Source of the DNA: a virus
Reading direction: 5' to 3' (one strand)
Virus record (IMG/VR): IMGVR_UViG_3300013723_000002
Length of the DNA stretch: 64,000 bases
Made by a program: the position numbers and the translations under genes. The notes under the pieces were generated by a model. The model did not search any database and had not been told where the DNA came from. It saw nothing but the letters and a program-made list of their open reading frames with translations. The number at the start of each line of letters is the position of its first letter. The first letter of the stretch is position 1. This document shows, piece after piece, positions 18,193-27,888 of the stretch.

Positions 18193-19596
18193 TTACTTGT
18201 GAACACTTGTATTTAAGTAAACTGCACGTACCGCACCTTCAGGCCGGTAGCCGCTATTAAGTTCGATTGCATCATGCGGACGGTCTGCACGGTCACTAAT
18301 TGAAAGTACATACTTTCCACCAAGATCTTCAGACTCGACTAATAGCCCAGCTTGAGGACTTGCACACGCTTCCATAAATGATTGGCACTCACGCAGGGCA
18401 TCTGCCTTATAAGTGGTTTTACCTTTGAGTAAATGACGTCCACAGATTTCAATAAGCCGTTTATCAATGAACATTGAAATTTCAGAAGCATTTGTTAAGC
18501 GTAATACACTGGTTTTACTGTCATATTGGGTTAAACAGTCACCCACTACAAAACGGATACCTGTATCGTATTTCTTCCGCATAACTGGATTGATTTTGGC
18601 CTTGGCCAAACGATCTAATGCTTCATCATTTAGCTTAATATCACTACGCATTTCCATTCCGCCCCAAGGCATCGGGAAATAGTGCCCAGCAACAGGATTT
18701 TGCAACGGCGGCAGGCCCTGTGCGTTGGTATTGGAGTTACGAAGCAGCATGTAGCCCAGAATCGCGCCTAACGCATAACGCGGCTTTTTCCGGCCACGTA
18801 ATGTCTGGGCATTGTTCGGCCGAGAAAGTACCAAATTCCAGTAGATCCAAACTAAATGACTTTTTGCACTTAACTCTTCTGCAATCTGACAAGCCTGGTC
18901 TAAGGACAAGGTAGGATCTAGCTCAACCAGAAGTGGAGTATTTAGCTTTTCAGCAGCACGTAAAGCTGTTTGGAACTGCGGTAAATTATTGTTATAGAAC
19001 ATCACCAGATAATTAGGTGTGTCATCAAACTCAACAATTGCATCAAACAGATTCTGTCCGTCTAACGCCGTTTTTTCTGTATCCGGAGCAAGAGGCAAAG
19101 ATACAAATTTACGGCCTAATGTGTTTACTTCATTGTAAGCATCAACAATGGGTTTAACACCAGGCGGAGGCCCATCAAGTGAAGCCATTGTCTTTGACTC
19201 GACCGGTACACCCCCACTCATAAACTCTTCAAAGAATTTACCAATCACCAGGTCAAAAGTTGCAAACTCTTCAGTAGCATCAGCGACGCTTAGAATGCTG
19301 GCATAATCTTCCGGGTCAGGATTTAAGGTACCCATCACACTTAGCACTACATCATTATGATAAGTGTCACGCCAGGTTAGCTTTATAACGGTATCTTCTG
19401 GCTTTTTAGAAATAGAGCTTTTCTGAAAAAGTGCGACTTCTAACTGAACATTATCATCCATGACTGAATGTGTATCGATCAACAGCGCGAACGCCATTGG
19501 TTGATTTTGTACTTGCTCAAAAGCTTCCTCTATTTGATCTTGAGGCATACCTATACAGCCGAGATAGCCGTCTGACGCGGCTAAGATATAGCTCAT
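18193..19596 (-). CDS. tail sheath-like protein (467 aa)
   Basis: The C-terminal region (KINPVMRKKYDTGIRFVVGDCLTQ...RLTNASEISMFIDKRL) resembles the sheath C-terminal domain pattern. Confidence 0.4.
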   Translation of the reverse strand: MSYILAASDGYLGCIGMPQDQIEEAFEQVQNQPMAFALLIDTHSVMDDNVQLEVALFQKSSISKKPEDTVIKLTWRDTYHNDVVLSVMGTLNPDPEDYASILSVADATEEFATFDLVIGKFFEEFMSGGVPVESKTMASLDGPPPGVKPIVDAYNEVNTLGRKFVSLPLAPDTEKTALDGQNLFDAIVEFDDTPNYLVMFYNNNLPQFQTALRAAEKLNTPLLVELDPTLSLDQACQIAEELSAKSHLVWIYWNLVLSRPNNAQTLRGRKKPRYALGAILGYMLLRNSNTNAQGLPPLQNPVAGHYFPMPWGGMEMRSDIKLNDEALDRLAKAKINPVMRKKYDTGIRFVVGDCLTQYDSKTSVLRLTNASEISMFIDKRLIEICGRHLLKGKTTYKADALRECQSFMEACASPQAGLLVESEDLGGKYVLSISDRADRPHDAIELNSGYRPEGAVRAVYLNTSVHK

Positions 19597-19599
19597 ACA

Positions 19600-20214
19600 T
19601 TAATCCTCAATAACATAGCGGTTGGCACCCGCAAATTTATTTAACGTATTTAATTTAGAAACAATTAAGTCACGCTGGCGCAAGCTGGTACACGTGATAG
19701 TCGTGACCTGGCCAGCTGGCAATGCTGTTCGCGTGTACAATTCAAAGCTGGCCGCACCATTGTTTTTAATTTTAAGAATCAGGGAGTCATGACTCTTAGA
19801 TTGCTGTTGATTAAACTGGCCGAATTGAAAAAAGTGGCCAGGCTTTACTGTAGGAGTTTCAGCTGGGCTTTCAGCTTGAATTTCAGATACCGATGCAGGC
19901 GGCTCGCCGCTTTGTGCTTCAAGCGCCGGATCTGGCTGAGTTGTTGCTGAGTCTGCCACTGTCTGTACTGCTGCTTCAGTTTCTGATGTTTCTGCCACAT
20001 CGTTAGCTGCTTTCGCTGCCTCTTCAGCCGCTTTTGCTGCTTTTGCTGCTGCGGATTTCGCGGCTTTAGATTGAGTAGCTTTTTTGGGTGTATCTGCCGG
20101 AGTTTCTGCCGGTACTACCACTTCAGTTGGTTCCGGAGCTGTATTAACAGCCTCATTTACAGTTTCTGTTGCTGCATTTTCTGTTGTATTGGTATCAGGC
20201 ATCGTATATTCCAA
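19600..20214 (-). CDS. hypothetical protein with an Ala/Thr/Glu-rich low-complexity N-terminal half
   Basis: The track start at 20214 is TTG; an ATG at 20202 is an alternative. Follows the candidate capsid gene, so it may be a decoration-like or scaffold-like protein. Confidence 0.45.
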   Translation of the reverse strand: MEYTMPDTNTTENAATETVNEAVNTAPEPTEVVVPAETPADTPKKATQSKAAKSAAAKAAKAAEEAAKAANDVAETSETEAAVQTVADSATTQPDPALEAQSGEPPASVSEIQAESPAETPTVKPGHFFQFGQFNQQQSKSHDSLILKIKNNGAASFELYTRTALPAGQVTTITCTSLRQRDLIVSKLNTLNKFAGANRYVIED

Positions 20215-20233
20215 AATTTAGAAAAAGAGGGAG

Positions 20234-20259
20234 TAACGGCGCACCAGAGTGCGCCGTTA
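20234..20259 (-). terminator. intra-operon hairpin (attenuator/terminator) after the 601-aa gene
   Basis: TAACGGCGCAC-CAGA-GTGCGCCGTTA, an 11-bp perfect stem. Confidence 0.5.
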
Positions 20260-20265
20260 TAAAAC

Positions 20266-22071
20266 TTATTTTTTGATTAAAGAGGCAGGCAGATTAACTA
20301 CTTCGATTACTACAATTTGATCAGCGAAGCGTTCAAGCGGGTTAAGTTCTGCTGCAACACGGGTCTGTGCAGTTACACCCTGTTCAAAGTCAACCGTGTT
20401 CGATTCACGTATTGTTAAAGGCCGTGCTACAAAGCCGGTGAATGCGTTACGAACAGGTATTGTGCTGCGACCAATAACCATGATTTCTGCTGCATCGTCA
20501 TGTTCATCAAGCAAGTTGGCAGAAGTCGGAACGTGATACACATTCGTGCCGCCAGGGAATGAACCGATACGGGTAATCTGGTTAGGGGCACCTACAGAAA
20601 CGCCCGCTTTTTTGTAATGTGTGTCGTCAGCTAACTGGTCAAATAACACAGCCATTGTGTCACCAATGTAAATGTCATGGCCAGACGGCACTACATCAAG
20701 CAGCTTGTTAATATCCAGTTTTGCCGCACTAATCGTTACCGTTAGTTCGCGGGCTAAATCAGAGGTATTGTTGAATGCTGCTGCATCAGTTACGCCACGT
20801 CCCAGATCTGCAACAAGTACACGCTTAAAGCCTTTTGCACGACGTTTACCACGGCGTAGCAACCGGATATTAGACTCAAGCAGCTGTTTAGAGGCTACGA
20901 TTGCGGTAAATGCACCACGCGGATCTAAGCCGAGTTCATTTTGTGCCTGGCTGATTGCATCATCAGTTGCACGATATAGAGCACGAATTGAATAGGCATG
21001 AAGAGAACGGGCTTTTAACACCATATCGACGCCTGGTGCGTCTAGCACTGGGGCTTTACCATTTTTACGTTCAAAGTCAGCAATCAGGTTCACTGATACT
21101 TCTGTACCTGCTGGCAGTTCTTCAGCGAAGGTTACTGTAATCTCGCCTTTATCCAGATCAGCTTCACCAGATTGCAATTTGACTTTAATGCCGTCCAGTA
21201 CCAGGCCATGGTCATTTAAGCCAATAATTGTACTTAGACCTGAAAATTTCGCATGATCAGTTGTTGCATCATGGCCGACTTCCACACCATTAACCATGAC
21301 ACGTACACGGCCACCAATAAACGGTAATACCGGCTGATTTGGGTCAGGCAAATGGCTGATATTGTCTTTATAGGCAATTGTTGGTTTCAGGGTATAAATA
21401 CGAGGATTAGCGTCATCCTGGGTTGCCTGGAATTCAAATTGTGAATCGAAATACTGGCAGGTTGCGGCCGGTCCATCGATAAAGTCATTTGCTTTAGTTT
21501 CCCCCCAGGTTGTATTGGCCACAGTACGTGCATACACCAGTGGTAAAGCATTAGAGCCGGTCGGATTCGGCAAATACGCTACGATTGGCAAAGCATTAGC
21601 GATTTGCGTTGAAATGGTGACAATCGCTTGTGTTGGAATGACAGCAAGCGCTTCATGTCCCCCTGCACTTAACTGAGTGCCGATTGCCCCGGCAGAGTCA
21701 AATTCTGCTTTAATGGCTTGTAGACCAGAGGAAAGAGCAGCTGCAACCATGTCAGCGCGCGGTGCTTCGCCATCATGACGATCTTTATAGCCCTTAATTC
21801 CTGTTTCAATGGCGGACAAAAGATATTCACGATTTTCCGGAACAACACTGTCAAACATTGCCACTAAGCTAGCTGGGATGGCTTCAGGTAAACTTTGATT
21901 TACTTCTGCAGTAGCATGAACACTGTCATAAGCCTGAATTACTTGCACACCCTCATTACGGCGCGCTTCAAAACTTTTTAAAAAATTCGCGGTCGCTTGG
22001 ATCTCGGCAGTTTGCAGAGAATGTTGGTCACGCTGTTCTTTATTTAATTGATCACTCATGGATTGCCTCAT
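20266..22071 (-). CDS. large virion protein, candidate major capsid protein
   Basis: First gene of a late unit and followed by a strong hairpin. An alternative ATG at 22059 has a better GAGG Shine-Dalgarno. Family not verified. Confidence 0.35.
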   Translation of the reverse strand: MRQSMSDQLNKEQRDQHSLQTAEIQATANFLKSFEARRNEGVQVIQAYDSVHATAEVNQSLPEAIPASLVAMFDSVVPENREYLLSAIETGIKGYKDRHDGEAPRADMVAAALSSGLQAIKAEFDSAGAIGTQLSAGGHEALAVIPTQAIVTISTQIANALPIVAYLPNPTGSNALPLVYARTVANTTWGETKANDFIDGPAATCQYFDSQFEFQATQDDANPRIYTLKPTIAYKDNISHLPDPNQPVLPFIGGRVRVMVNGVEVGHDATTDHAKFSGLSTIIGLNDHGLVLDGIKVKLQSGEADLDKGEITVTFAEELPAGTEVSVNLIADFERKNGKAPVLDAPGVDMVLKARSLHAYSIRALYRATDDAISQAQNELGLDPRGAFTAIVASKQLLESNIRLLRRGKRRAKGFKRVLVADLGRGVTDAAAFNNTSDLARELTVTISAAKLDINKLLDVVPSGHDIYIGDTMAVLFDQLADDTHYKKAGVSVGAPNQITRIGSFPGGTNVYHVPTSANLLDEHDDAAEIMVIGRSTIPVRNAFTGFVARPLTIRESNTVDFEQGVTAQTRVAAELNPLERFADQIVVIEVVNLPASLIKK

Positions 22072-22102
22072 AAGCCCTTACGGGCTGGTTTAGATGAGGC
22101 AA
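22063..22102 (-). promoter_or_regulatory. 5' leader stem-loop covering the start region and SD of 20266..22071
   Basis: TTGCCTCAT (22063-22071) pairs with ATGAGGCAA (22094-22102). This outer stem encloses an inner AGCCC-TTAC-GGGCT hairpin. Confidence 0.45.
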
Positions 22103-22123
22103 TTGTGCAAGCACAAAAAAGGG

Positions 22124-22140
22124 CTAAATTTTTTTGTTCG
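22124..22140 (-). promoter_or_regulatory. late-unit motif copy 7 (sense: CGAACAAAAAAATTTAG)
   Basis: GCGAAC variant, 69 nt upstream of the ATG at 22071. Confidence 0.45.
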
Positions 22141-22145
22141 CATAC

Positions 22146-22709
22146 TTACGCGCTATCTATTTTTGGTCTTTCCTGAAAAGCAGCTAAATAAGCCAGGTCA
22201 TCACGCTTATTTAATAAATATTTCACTCCAAAATCTGCATGAATCGATTGTCCTTGCTGGCCTACGTTTTCTACCCATACTACATAATCCTTAGAAATAA
22301 GCAGGCATAGCACATCCCCACTTTCCGGATACCATCCTGTACTATTCTGTAACTGCTGCCCCAGTTCTATATCCGGATCAAAGGGTTCAATTTGGGCAAA
22401 AAAAGCAGCATCCGCACTATCTACCCCAATTAGTCCTTTATTAAGTGCCGCCCCGGTGAATTGATCCAGCATGACCATAGCGAAACCTTTTTCTTTATAG
22501 TCAATTGCCTGTTCATCTTCATCAGTTAAGACGCCTAGCCCGCCCCAAACTAGCTCTTCACGGTCGGCTGTTTCTCCTGGTACTTGATCAATAGTTTTAT
22601 AGAACACGACTGCAGGTATGCTGGCCAAACCGTTTAAAACCACTTTTCTGGCCAGCTGTTTACGTCCTGCGGCCACACGGTTAGCAATTGGATTAATATT
22701 TCCGAGCAC
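22146..22709 (-). CDS. hypothetical phage protein (187 aa)
   Basis: Overlaps the upstream gene by 17 nt, operon context. Confidence 0.5.
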   Translation of the reverse strand: MLGNINPIANRVAAGRKQLARKVVLNGLASIPAVVFYKTIDQVPGETADREELVWGGLGVLTDEDEQAIDYKEKGFAMVMLDQFTGAALNKGLIGVDSADAAFFAQIEPFDPDIELGQQLQNSTGWYPESGDVLCLLISKDYVVWVENVGQQGQSIHADFGVKYLLNKRDDLAYLAAFQERPKIDSA

Positions 22710-23745
22710 GTTCTACCCCCATATAAAAATTAAAATCCTCTTTACTGATTAAGCCAGCTTTGAAATTGGCCTCAAGCCGGGCAATACGGCGCCGTTTTTC
22801 ATCAATCTTGGCATTATTTTGTTCTAAACGTTCAGTTGCTGATTTGACCTTATCATGTAGTTTTTTAAGTTCACGCGCCGTAGCCGGTTTAATCTTTTGT
22901 CTGGCCTTTCCGATGCTCTGCAATTGCTTGTCTAGCATTTCCACCATATCAGCTGGGGATTCACTATAACGGCGGCCATGTTGCTTGATACGATCCTGAT
23001 TAACGATCTTTTCTAAATAACTTTGGCCAAGTGGCCCCTTGGCCACCGCGACAGCGCGTAAAATATGCTTACATGCAATACCGGTTAATTCCGGGTTTTT
23101 TTCCTTGGGAAAGCCGGCCTCTTTGCGACCATTCACAAAATTTCCGACTGTGGCAATGTAGCGATACCAGAAGCGAAAACGACCACAATCACATTCAATA
23201 TGAACCTTACCATTGGCCAGGCGGTTTTTAATCGTTGTTTTGGTCTGCTTCTCAATATCCAGCACAACACTCGAAAAAGCTAAAAACTTAATTTTGACGG
23301 TATGATTGGACACGTCACTATTGGGGCCGGCATTGGTTATAAACGTCACTTCTCCGGCTTTGTGTGATACCGGCATGGCTGTGTGGATCTCTTTATTCGC
23401 CCGGTCAATATCAGCCTGTCTGGATAAGCTAATAATTTGTGGAATAGTAATACCGCCCTTATAAGCGGCGGCCAGTGTCTGAATATTTTTCTGAAAGGCC
23501 TTTAAATCTTCCAGTTCAATTTCACGGGCTTCACCGCCTAGTGTCGTTATCAGGGCCTTACTAAAATCATAATCGCCGGATATATCACTTGGCCTTAGAA
23601 ATACTGGCCAAGTTTTATCTTGCTGCTCAGCAATACGGCGGGCATCTTTATCAAATTTAATCGATTGGTTAGCCTGCTTATGCAGGCTATTTGCTTCACT
23701 AAACTGCTGTCTAAGTCTGTCAGCATCAAAAATACGTTTGGCCAT
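22693..23745 (-). CDS. SWIM zinc-finger protein (350 aa from the ATG at 23745)
   Basis: CDCGRFRFWYRYIATV...GIACKHILR fits the CxCx(n)CxH SWIM signature. The start forms a TAATG overlap with the upstream stop. Confidence 0.5.
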   Translation of the reverse strand: MAKRIFDADRLRQQFSEANSLHKQANQSIKFDKDARRIAEQQDKTWPVFLRPSDISGDYDFSKALITTLGGEAREIELEDLKAFQKNIQTLAAAYKGGITIPQIISLSRQADIDRANKEIHTAMPVSHKAGEVTFITNAGPNSDVSNHTVKIKFLAFSSVVLDIEKQTKTTIKNRLANGKVHIECDCGRFRFWYRYIATVGNFVNGRKEAGFPKEKNPELTGIACKHILRAVAVAKGPLGQSYLEKIVNQDRIKQHGRRYSESPADMVEMLDKQLQSIGKARQKIKPATARELKKLHDKVKSATERLEQNNAKIDEKRRRIARLEANFKAGLISKEDFNFYMGVERARKY

Positions 23746-24020
23746 TAGACAACCCCGTATTTCTTTTTCAGCTTCAAAATGTCCCCAATGACGGGCAAGT
23801 AGATTGCCCGTATCGGTAAAGGTTGACTTACATAGGATACGCCACACGCTACACGTACCACATCGGCATAGATACGTGCACCGTACACTCGCTGGCTGAC
23901 CAGCGTTGCATCGTGGATCTCGTCCTCATTTACCTGGTAAAAATGTAACTGATCCGATTTTCCCCGGCGTTTGGCCAGATCAATAGTCTGCCGGATTGCA
24001 TTGTGATACTCGTTTAGCAT
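23745..24020 (-). CDS. hypothetical small phage protein (91 aa)
   Basis: ORF between the Ig-repeat gene and the SWIM gene. Confidence 0.45.
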   Translation of the reverse strand: MLNEYHNAIRQTIDLAKRRGKSDQLHFYQVNEDEIHDATLVSQRVYGARIYADVVRVACGVSYVSQPLPIRAIYLPVIGDILKLKKKYGVV

Positions 24021-24033
24021 GACTTATCCCCGC

Positions 24034-25689
24034 TTATTCAGCATAAAGCTCTTTAGCGGTCTGAACACCGTGAGTATTAATACATGCAACAACAACGGCT
24101 TGGCCAGCAGCTAAATTGCGTCCTAGGGCTACGCTGTATGGGCCACTTACCTGTTGTTCGATGGTGCTGTTGTCATCCAGGATAATCCGCAATAAACAGT
24201 CTGGATCTGTTATCCCTTCTAAGACACTATTTTCAGAAGTCAGAAAAGCTGTAAATTTTTGGATTTCAGTGAATGTCAAAGTCTTTAATGCTCCATTATG
24301 GCCAATTGTTACCAGCTCGCCTGGATTTAGTGCGGTATCCAAGGCTAATTTCCATTCGTAATCTATAACCTGGACTGTTTTGGCATCTTGGCCAGGTAAA
24401 GTAATCGTTACTTCTGGTCCATTCGCTGTACCAAATACACTTAATCCATCATTGGCCAGATAGCCTTCAAACGGCATAATATAAGTTGCTTCTAAAGACT
24501 CACGTATTGTTGAAACTTTAACTATTTCGCCTGGTACCAATGCAGTTGGTAAGGTGTACTGCCAATCTCCATTTGAGTCTGGGAAGGTACTAGATGACGC
24601 GCCGTTTATTTCAATATGAACCTCAAGATCTGGGCGGGCTTTACCTGCTAAATGTCGGTTATCCAAGATTTGAAAAGAAAGGGGATAGCTAGGTGCACTT
24701 TGGCCCGTATATGTGACTTTTGCAGCATCTACCGTATTAATTAATATTGTGACCACTTCGTTATGCTGTAGACCGTATGGCAATGCAATAGTCCAGTTGC
24801 CGGTTAAATCTGCAACATCAGAAAGTATGTTATTACTGTCTGTCACAATACTGACTTGAGCGTGTGGCTCAGGTGCGGTACCTGACACAAAATAGCCCGC
24901 TTCATCCAAAAGATAGCTGAATTTAAAACAGGTCAGTTCTTTAGCTTCACTTCGTTCTTCAGTATTTGCGATATAGACCTGAATCTTATCCCCGTGAATA
25001 AATTCTTCTTCAGACGTCCAAGACCAGGATAAATCTGGACCAGGTTGAGCGGTAACATTCCCCAGGCGTGAAGTGATATATACCTTGGCGCGGCTATCTT
25101 CTACCATACCTGAAACTGTCTTATTGTCTTGGCCCAAAATGGCCGTAAAATCTTTATCTAGCTGCACATACGGCGCGGCCTTCTCAACGTTGATAATGAC
25201 CATATCTTGTGGCTTGGTGCCTATAAAGATAATGATATTGTTTGTACCAACTTGAAGGTTATTTTCATCTAGTGAATATTGCCAGTTGCCCAGTTCATCT
25301 GGCTCAGCGTTTGTATTTGTACCATCTTCAAACACAATCCGAACCACGGATTTTAACGGCGCTGTGCCGCGTAATATCATCGTTTCAACATCATAAGCCG
25401 CAGCAAATGTAATATTGTCGGTATCGGTTGCCTGGTTAGTGTTGGTAAATTTAAATACGTTCTGGCCAACCAGATTATTAGCCAGGTTTAATGAACGGCG
25501 GATAGAGTCTGCATTAATATCGCCGCTCACTTGAATATCGTATTCAGCGCCTATTGGCAGATTAATTTCATTAACAGCAGATAAAATAATTTCACCGCCT
25601 TCAGTGAAAACGGTTTCATTGCGTACTGTCTGGACTGTACTGGTAATCTCAGTTGAAACGGTATGCTTCAACGTTTGATCTTGGTTCAT
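24034..25689 (-). CDS. virion surface protein with tandem Ig-like domains
   Basis: At least five repeats, each ending in a G(N/D)W(Q/T)(Y/I)(S/T/A)LP-type motif (GNWQYSL, GNWTIALP, GDWQYTLP, YEWKLAL). Confidence 0.55.
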   Translation of the reverse strand: MNQDQTLKHTVSTEITSTVQTVRNETVFTEGGEIILSAVNEINLPIGAEYDIQVSGDINADSIRRSLNLANNLVGQNVFKFTNTNQATDTDNITFAAAYDVETMILRGTAPLKSVVRIVFEDGTNTNAEPDELGNWQYSLDENNLQVGTNNIIIFIGTKPQDMVIINVEKAAPYVQLDKDFTAILGQDNKTVSGMVEDSRAKVYITSRLGNVTAQPGPDLSWSWTSEEEFIHGDKIQVYIANTEERSEAKELTCFKFSYLLDEAGYFVSGTAPEPHAQVSIVTDSNNILSDVADLTGNWTIALPYGLQHNEVVTILINTVDAAKVTYTGQSAPSYPLSFQILDNRHLAGKARPDLEVHIEINGASSSTFPDSNGDWQYTLPTALVPGEIVKVSTIRESLEATYIMPFEGYLANDGLSVFGTANGPEVTITLPGQDAKTVQVIDYEWKLALDTALNPGELVTIGHNGALKTLTFTEIQKFTAFLTSENSVLEGITDPDCLLRIILDDNSTIEQQVSGPYSVALGRNLAAGQAVVVACINTHGVQTAKELYAE

Positions 25690-25716
25690 AGCGTTATCTC
25701 ACTCTAAAGATAACGC
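25690..25716 (-). promoter_or_regulatory. leader hairpin abutting the start codon of 24034..25689
   Basis: AGCGTTATCT-loop-AGATAACGCT, a 10-bp perfect stem immediately 5' of the ATG. An AGGAG lies upstream of the hairpin. Confidence 0.45.
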
Positions 25717-25740
25717 TATTTTGTCTGCTCCTGAAAAGTG

Positions 25741-25756
25741 CTTATTTTATTGTTCC
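25741..25756 (-). promoter_or_regulatory. late-unit motif copy 8 (sense: GGAACAATAAAATAAG)
   Basis: GGAAC lies 67 nt upstream of the ATG at 25689. Confidence 0.5.
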
Positions 25757-25762
25757 CAAGTT

Positions 25763-27814
25763 TTAAAGCGCCGTAATCTGAACGGTCGCACAACCGGCTT
25801 CACCAATTTTTCCGTTATTCAGCTCAGGTGTAATGCTGTCCGGCCGGCCATAATTTCCAACTTGAATAGTGCCCTTGACCGGCTGATTTGACGTATTTTC
25901 AAAAACAAGATGAATATGAGCACCAGATCCACCGCCAGCGCCATAACAACGATGCTTGCGTGTTTCCACTGTATAGCCCCCTTCACCACCTTGGCCAAAC
26001 ATATAACGTGTTAAGCCGCCGCGTGTATCACGGTTACACCAGTCATGGGCAGTTTCCAGATAGGCTTTTTCACCATTGGTCTGGCTAATTAATTTAGCTT
26101 GGCCAAGATTTACCAAGTTTACTGTTCCACCCTCACCCGCTACACCTTGGATGTAAGCACTACCATTGTTCCAGACTCCACGGTAGCCCCCTTTCCCGCC
26201 GCCAGCGATTAAATGAGTATCGCCCAAGTCTAAAATAGTATCGTTGCCAGCATCCATTTTTAACCAGGCGGCGCTGATATTTGAGGCCCATAAGGAACCT
26301 GCACCCGATCCACCCGCCCCTACAAGGTGTATTTCAGCACGTGATTTGGCCGGGATAGTAATTTCATGAGTTCCTGCACGATACAAGTCATAGCCGCCGT
26401 CCAGCTCAAAGACAGCCCAGCTGACTGGTCCCGTATAAGCAATCGGATTACTGCCAGACCGGTCATATACATCAATATCAAAAGACTTACTGTTACGTTT
26501 GATCTGCCAGGCTTCATGAGCACCTTCCGGGGTAATCTGCAACATATAGTTCGGACTCGTAAAGTCCCATTTCTGGCCAGATGGTACCTGCACCTTAAAC
26601 GTCCCGCTACTCGATACGCCAGACATTAACAGCCGTGGATTAACTGCCCCTTTTTCTAATATATTCTGGCCATCATTTGGCTGGAAAACTGCATAACTGA
26701 CCTGGCCAACATAGCCCACGCGACTGGTACCCGAACGATTAAAAAGATTTACCGTAAGTTCTTTATCAGTTTTAGAAATGATCCAGGCTTCATGAGCGCC
26801 TTCCGGGGTAATCAATACGGTGCACTTTGATATATCGATATTACTATCAGCTGGACGTGAAATTTTCATCGTACCGCTCACTGGTACACAACCTGACATG
26901 ACTAAACCAGGCATGGCCTGAGCTGTCATTTCATCACGTTCTTGGCCATCAATTATGGCCCAGTTAATTTTTCCGGAATAACCAACGCGACTGGTACCCG
27001 AACGGTTATAGACTGAAAGACTAAAAGCCTTCGCCTGGCGGCTGAGATTCCAACCCTCATGAGCACCTTCAGGCGTTACCAGGATACTGTAACGTTGATC
27101 AGTCAAAACGCCGTTAAATGTATCATTCATGAGCACGTTATTTGAAGATTGGCCAAGCTGCAAAATGCCGCCATATAAGCGTTTGGGCAACATGGATAAG
27201 AATACTTCATTCAGACGGCGCACTTGATCGATATAGCCCTGAATAATAGATCTTACGTCAAACTTAGTTGCATATTGCGGGTGTGGATCTGCATGGTTGA
27301 TATGGGCCTTGAAGATCTCTTGAATGAAATAAATATATTGCGGATGGGGATTTTTATGTTGTAGGTGCATTTTCATAAGTGCCGACAAAATCATATCTTG
27401 TGGGCTAAAACTTAATTTGATCTTTTTCCCAACAATATTCTGGTCCAGTGCTACCGCAAAAAACAGACTGAAGAATGAGCCTGGTTCTGTAGTAAAAAAT
27501 TGTCCTGCTTCCAGGCTGGCCACGGCGAATAGAACGCCGTTACGGTCAAATAGGCCTATCTCACTGATTTGAATTTCCTGATTGACCTGACCAGATGAAA
27601 TAAAGCGAAGTATCTGATTATCTGTATCAATATGACCATTAACAAGCGGAAATTCAGCCCATTTGCTGCTTAAACTTAGAATAGCTGGATCTGTTTTATA
27701 ATGGCCAGTACCCAATTGAATGCTGCCAAATTCAAGTTGAAAACCGCTATTTAAAACAGAAGTCATGGCTGCTTTTCCGGCAGCGGTCATAGTTAAAAAA
27801 ATAGTTTTAGACAT
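25763..27814 (-). CDS. tail fibre protein, paralogue 2
   Basis: P2 gpH-like N-terminal collar domain, DPHPQY repeats, three copies of a PEGAHE(G/A)W...NRSGT...W repeat, and a glycine-rich C-terminal domain. Start taken at MSKTIFLT (27814). Confidence 0.7.
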   Translation of the reverse strand: MSKTIFLTMTAAGKAAMTSVLNSGFQLEFGSIQLGTGHYKTDPAILSLSSKWAEFPLVNGHIDTDNQILRFISSGQVNQEIQISEIGLFDRNGVLFAVASLEAGQFFTTEPGSFFSLFFAVALDQNIVGKKIKLSFSPQDMILSALMKMHLQHKNPHPQYIYFIQEIFKAHINHADPHPQYATKFDVRSIIQGYIDQVRRLNEVFLSMLPKRLYGGILQLGQSSNNVLMNDTFNGVLTDQRYSILVTPEGAHEGWNLSRQAKAFSLSVYNRSGTSRVGYSGKINWAIIDGQERDEMTAQAMPGLVMSGCVPVSGTMKISRPADSNIDISKCTVLITPEGAHEAWIISKTDKELTVNLFNRSGTSRVGYVGQVSYAVFQPNDGQNILEKGAVNPRLLMSGVSSSGTFKVQVPSGQKWDFTSPNYMLQITPEGAHEAWQIKRNSKSFDIDVYDRSGSNPIAYTGPVSWAVFELDGGYDLYRAGTHEITIPAKSRAEIHLVGAGGSGAGSLWASNISAAWLKMDAGNDTILDLGDTHLIAGGGKGGYRGVWNNGSAYIQGVAGEGGTVNLVNLGQAKLISQTNGEKAYLETAHDWCNRDTRGGLTRYMFGQGGEGGYTVETRKHRCYGAGGGSGAHIHLVFENTSNQPVKGTIQVGNYGRPDSITPELNNGKIGEAGCATVQITAL

Positions 27815-27865
27815 AATAAAAAAAGGTTCCAGAATTACTTTCATTATGGGAAAGTTCCTGGAACC

Positions 27866-27882
27866 CAATTTTTTTTATTACC
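27866..27882 (-). promoter_or_regulatory. late-unit motif copy 9, variant (sense: GGTAATAAAAAAAATTG)
   Basis: GGTAA replaces GGAAC, 68 nt upstream of the ATG at 27814. Confidence 0.35.
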
Positions 27883-27888
27883 AGATTA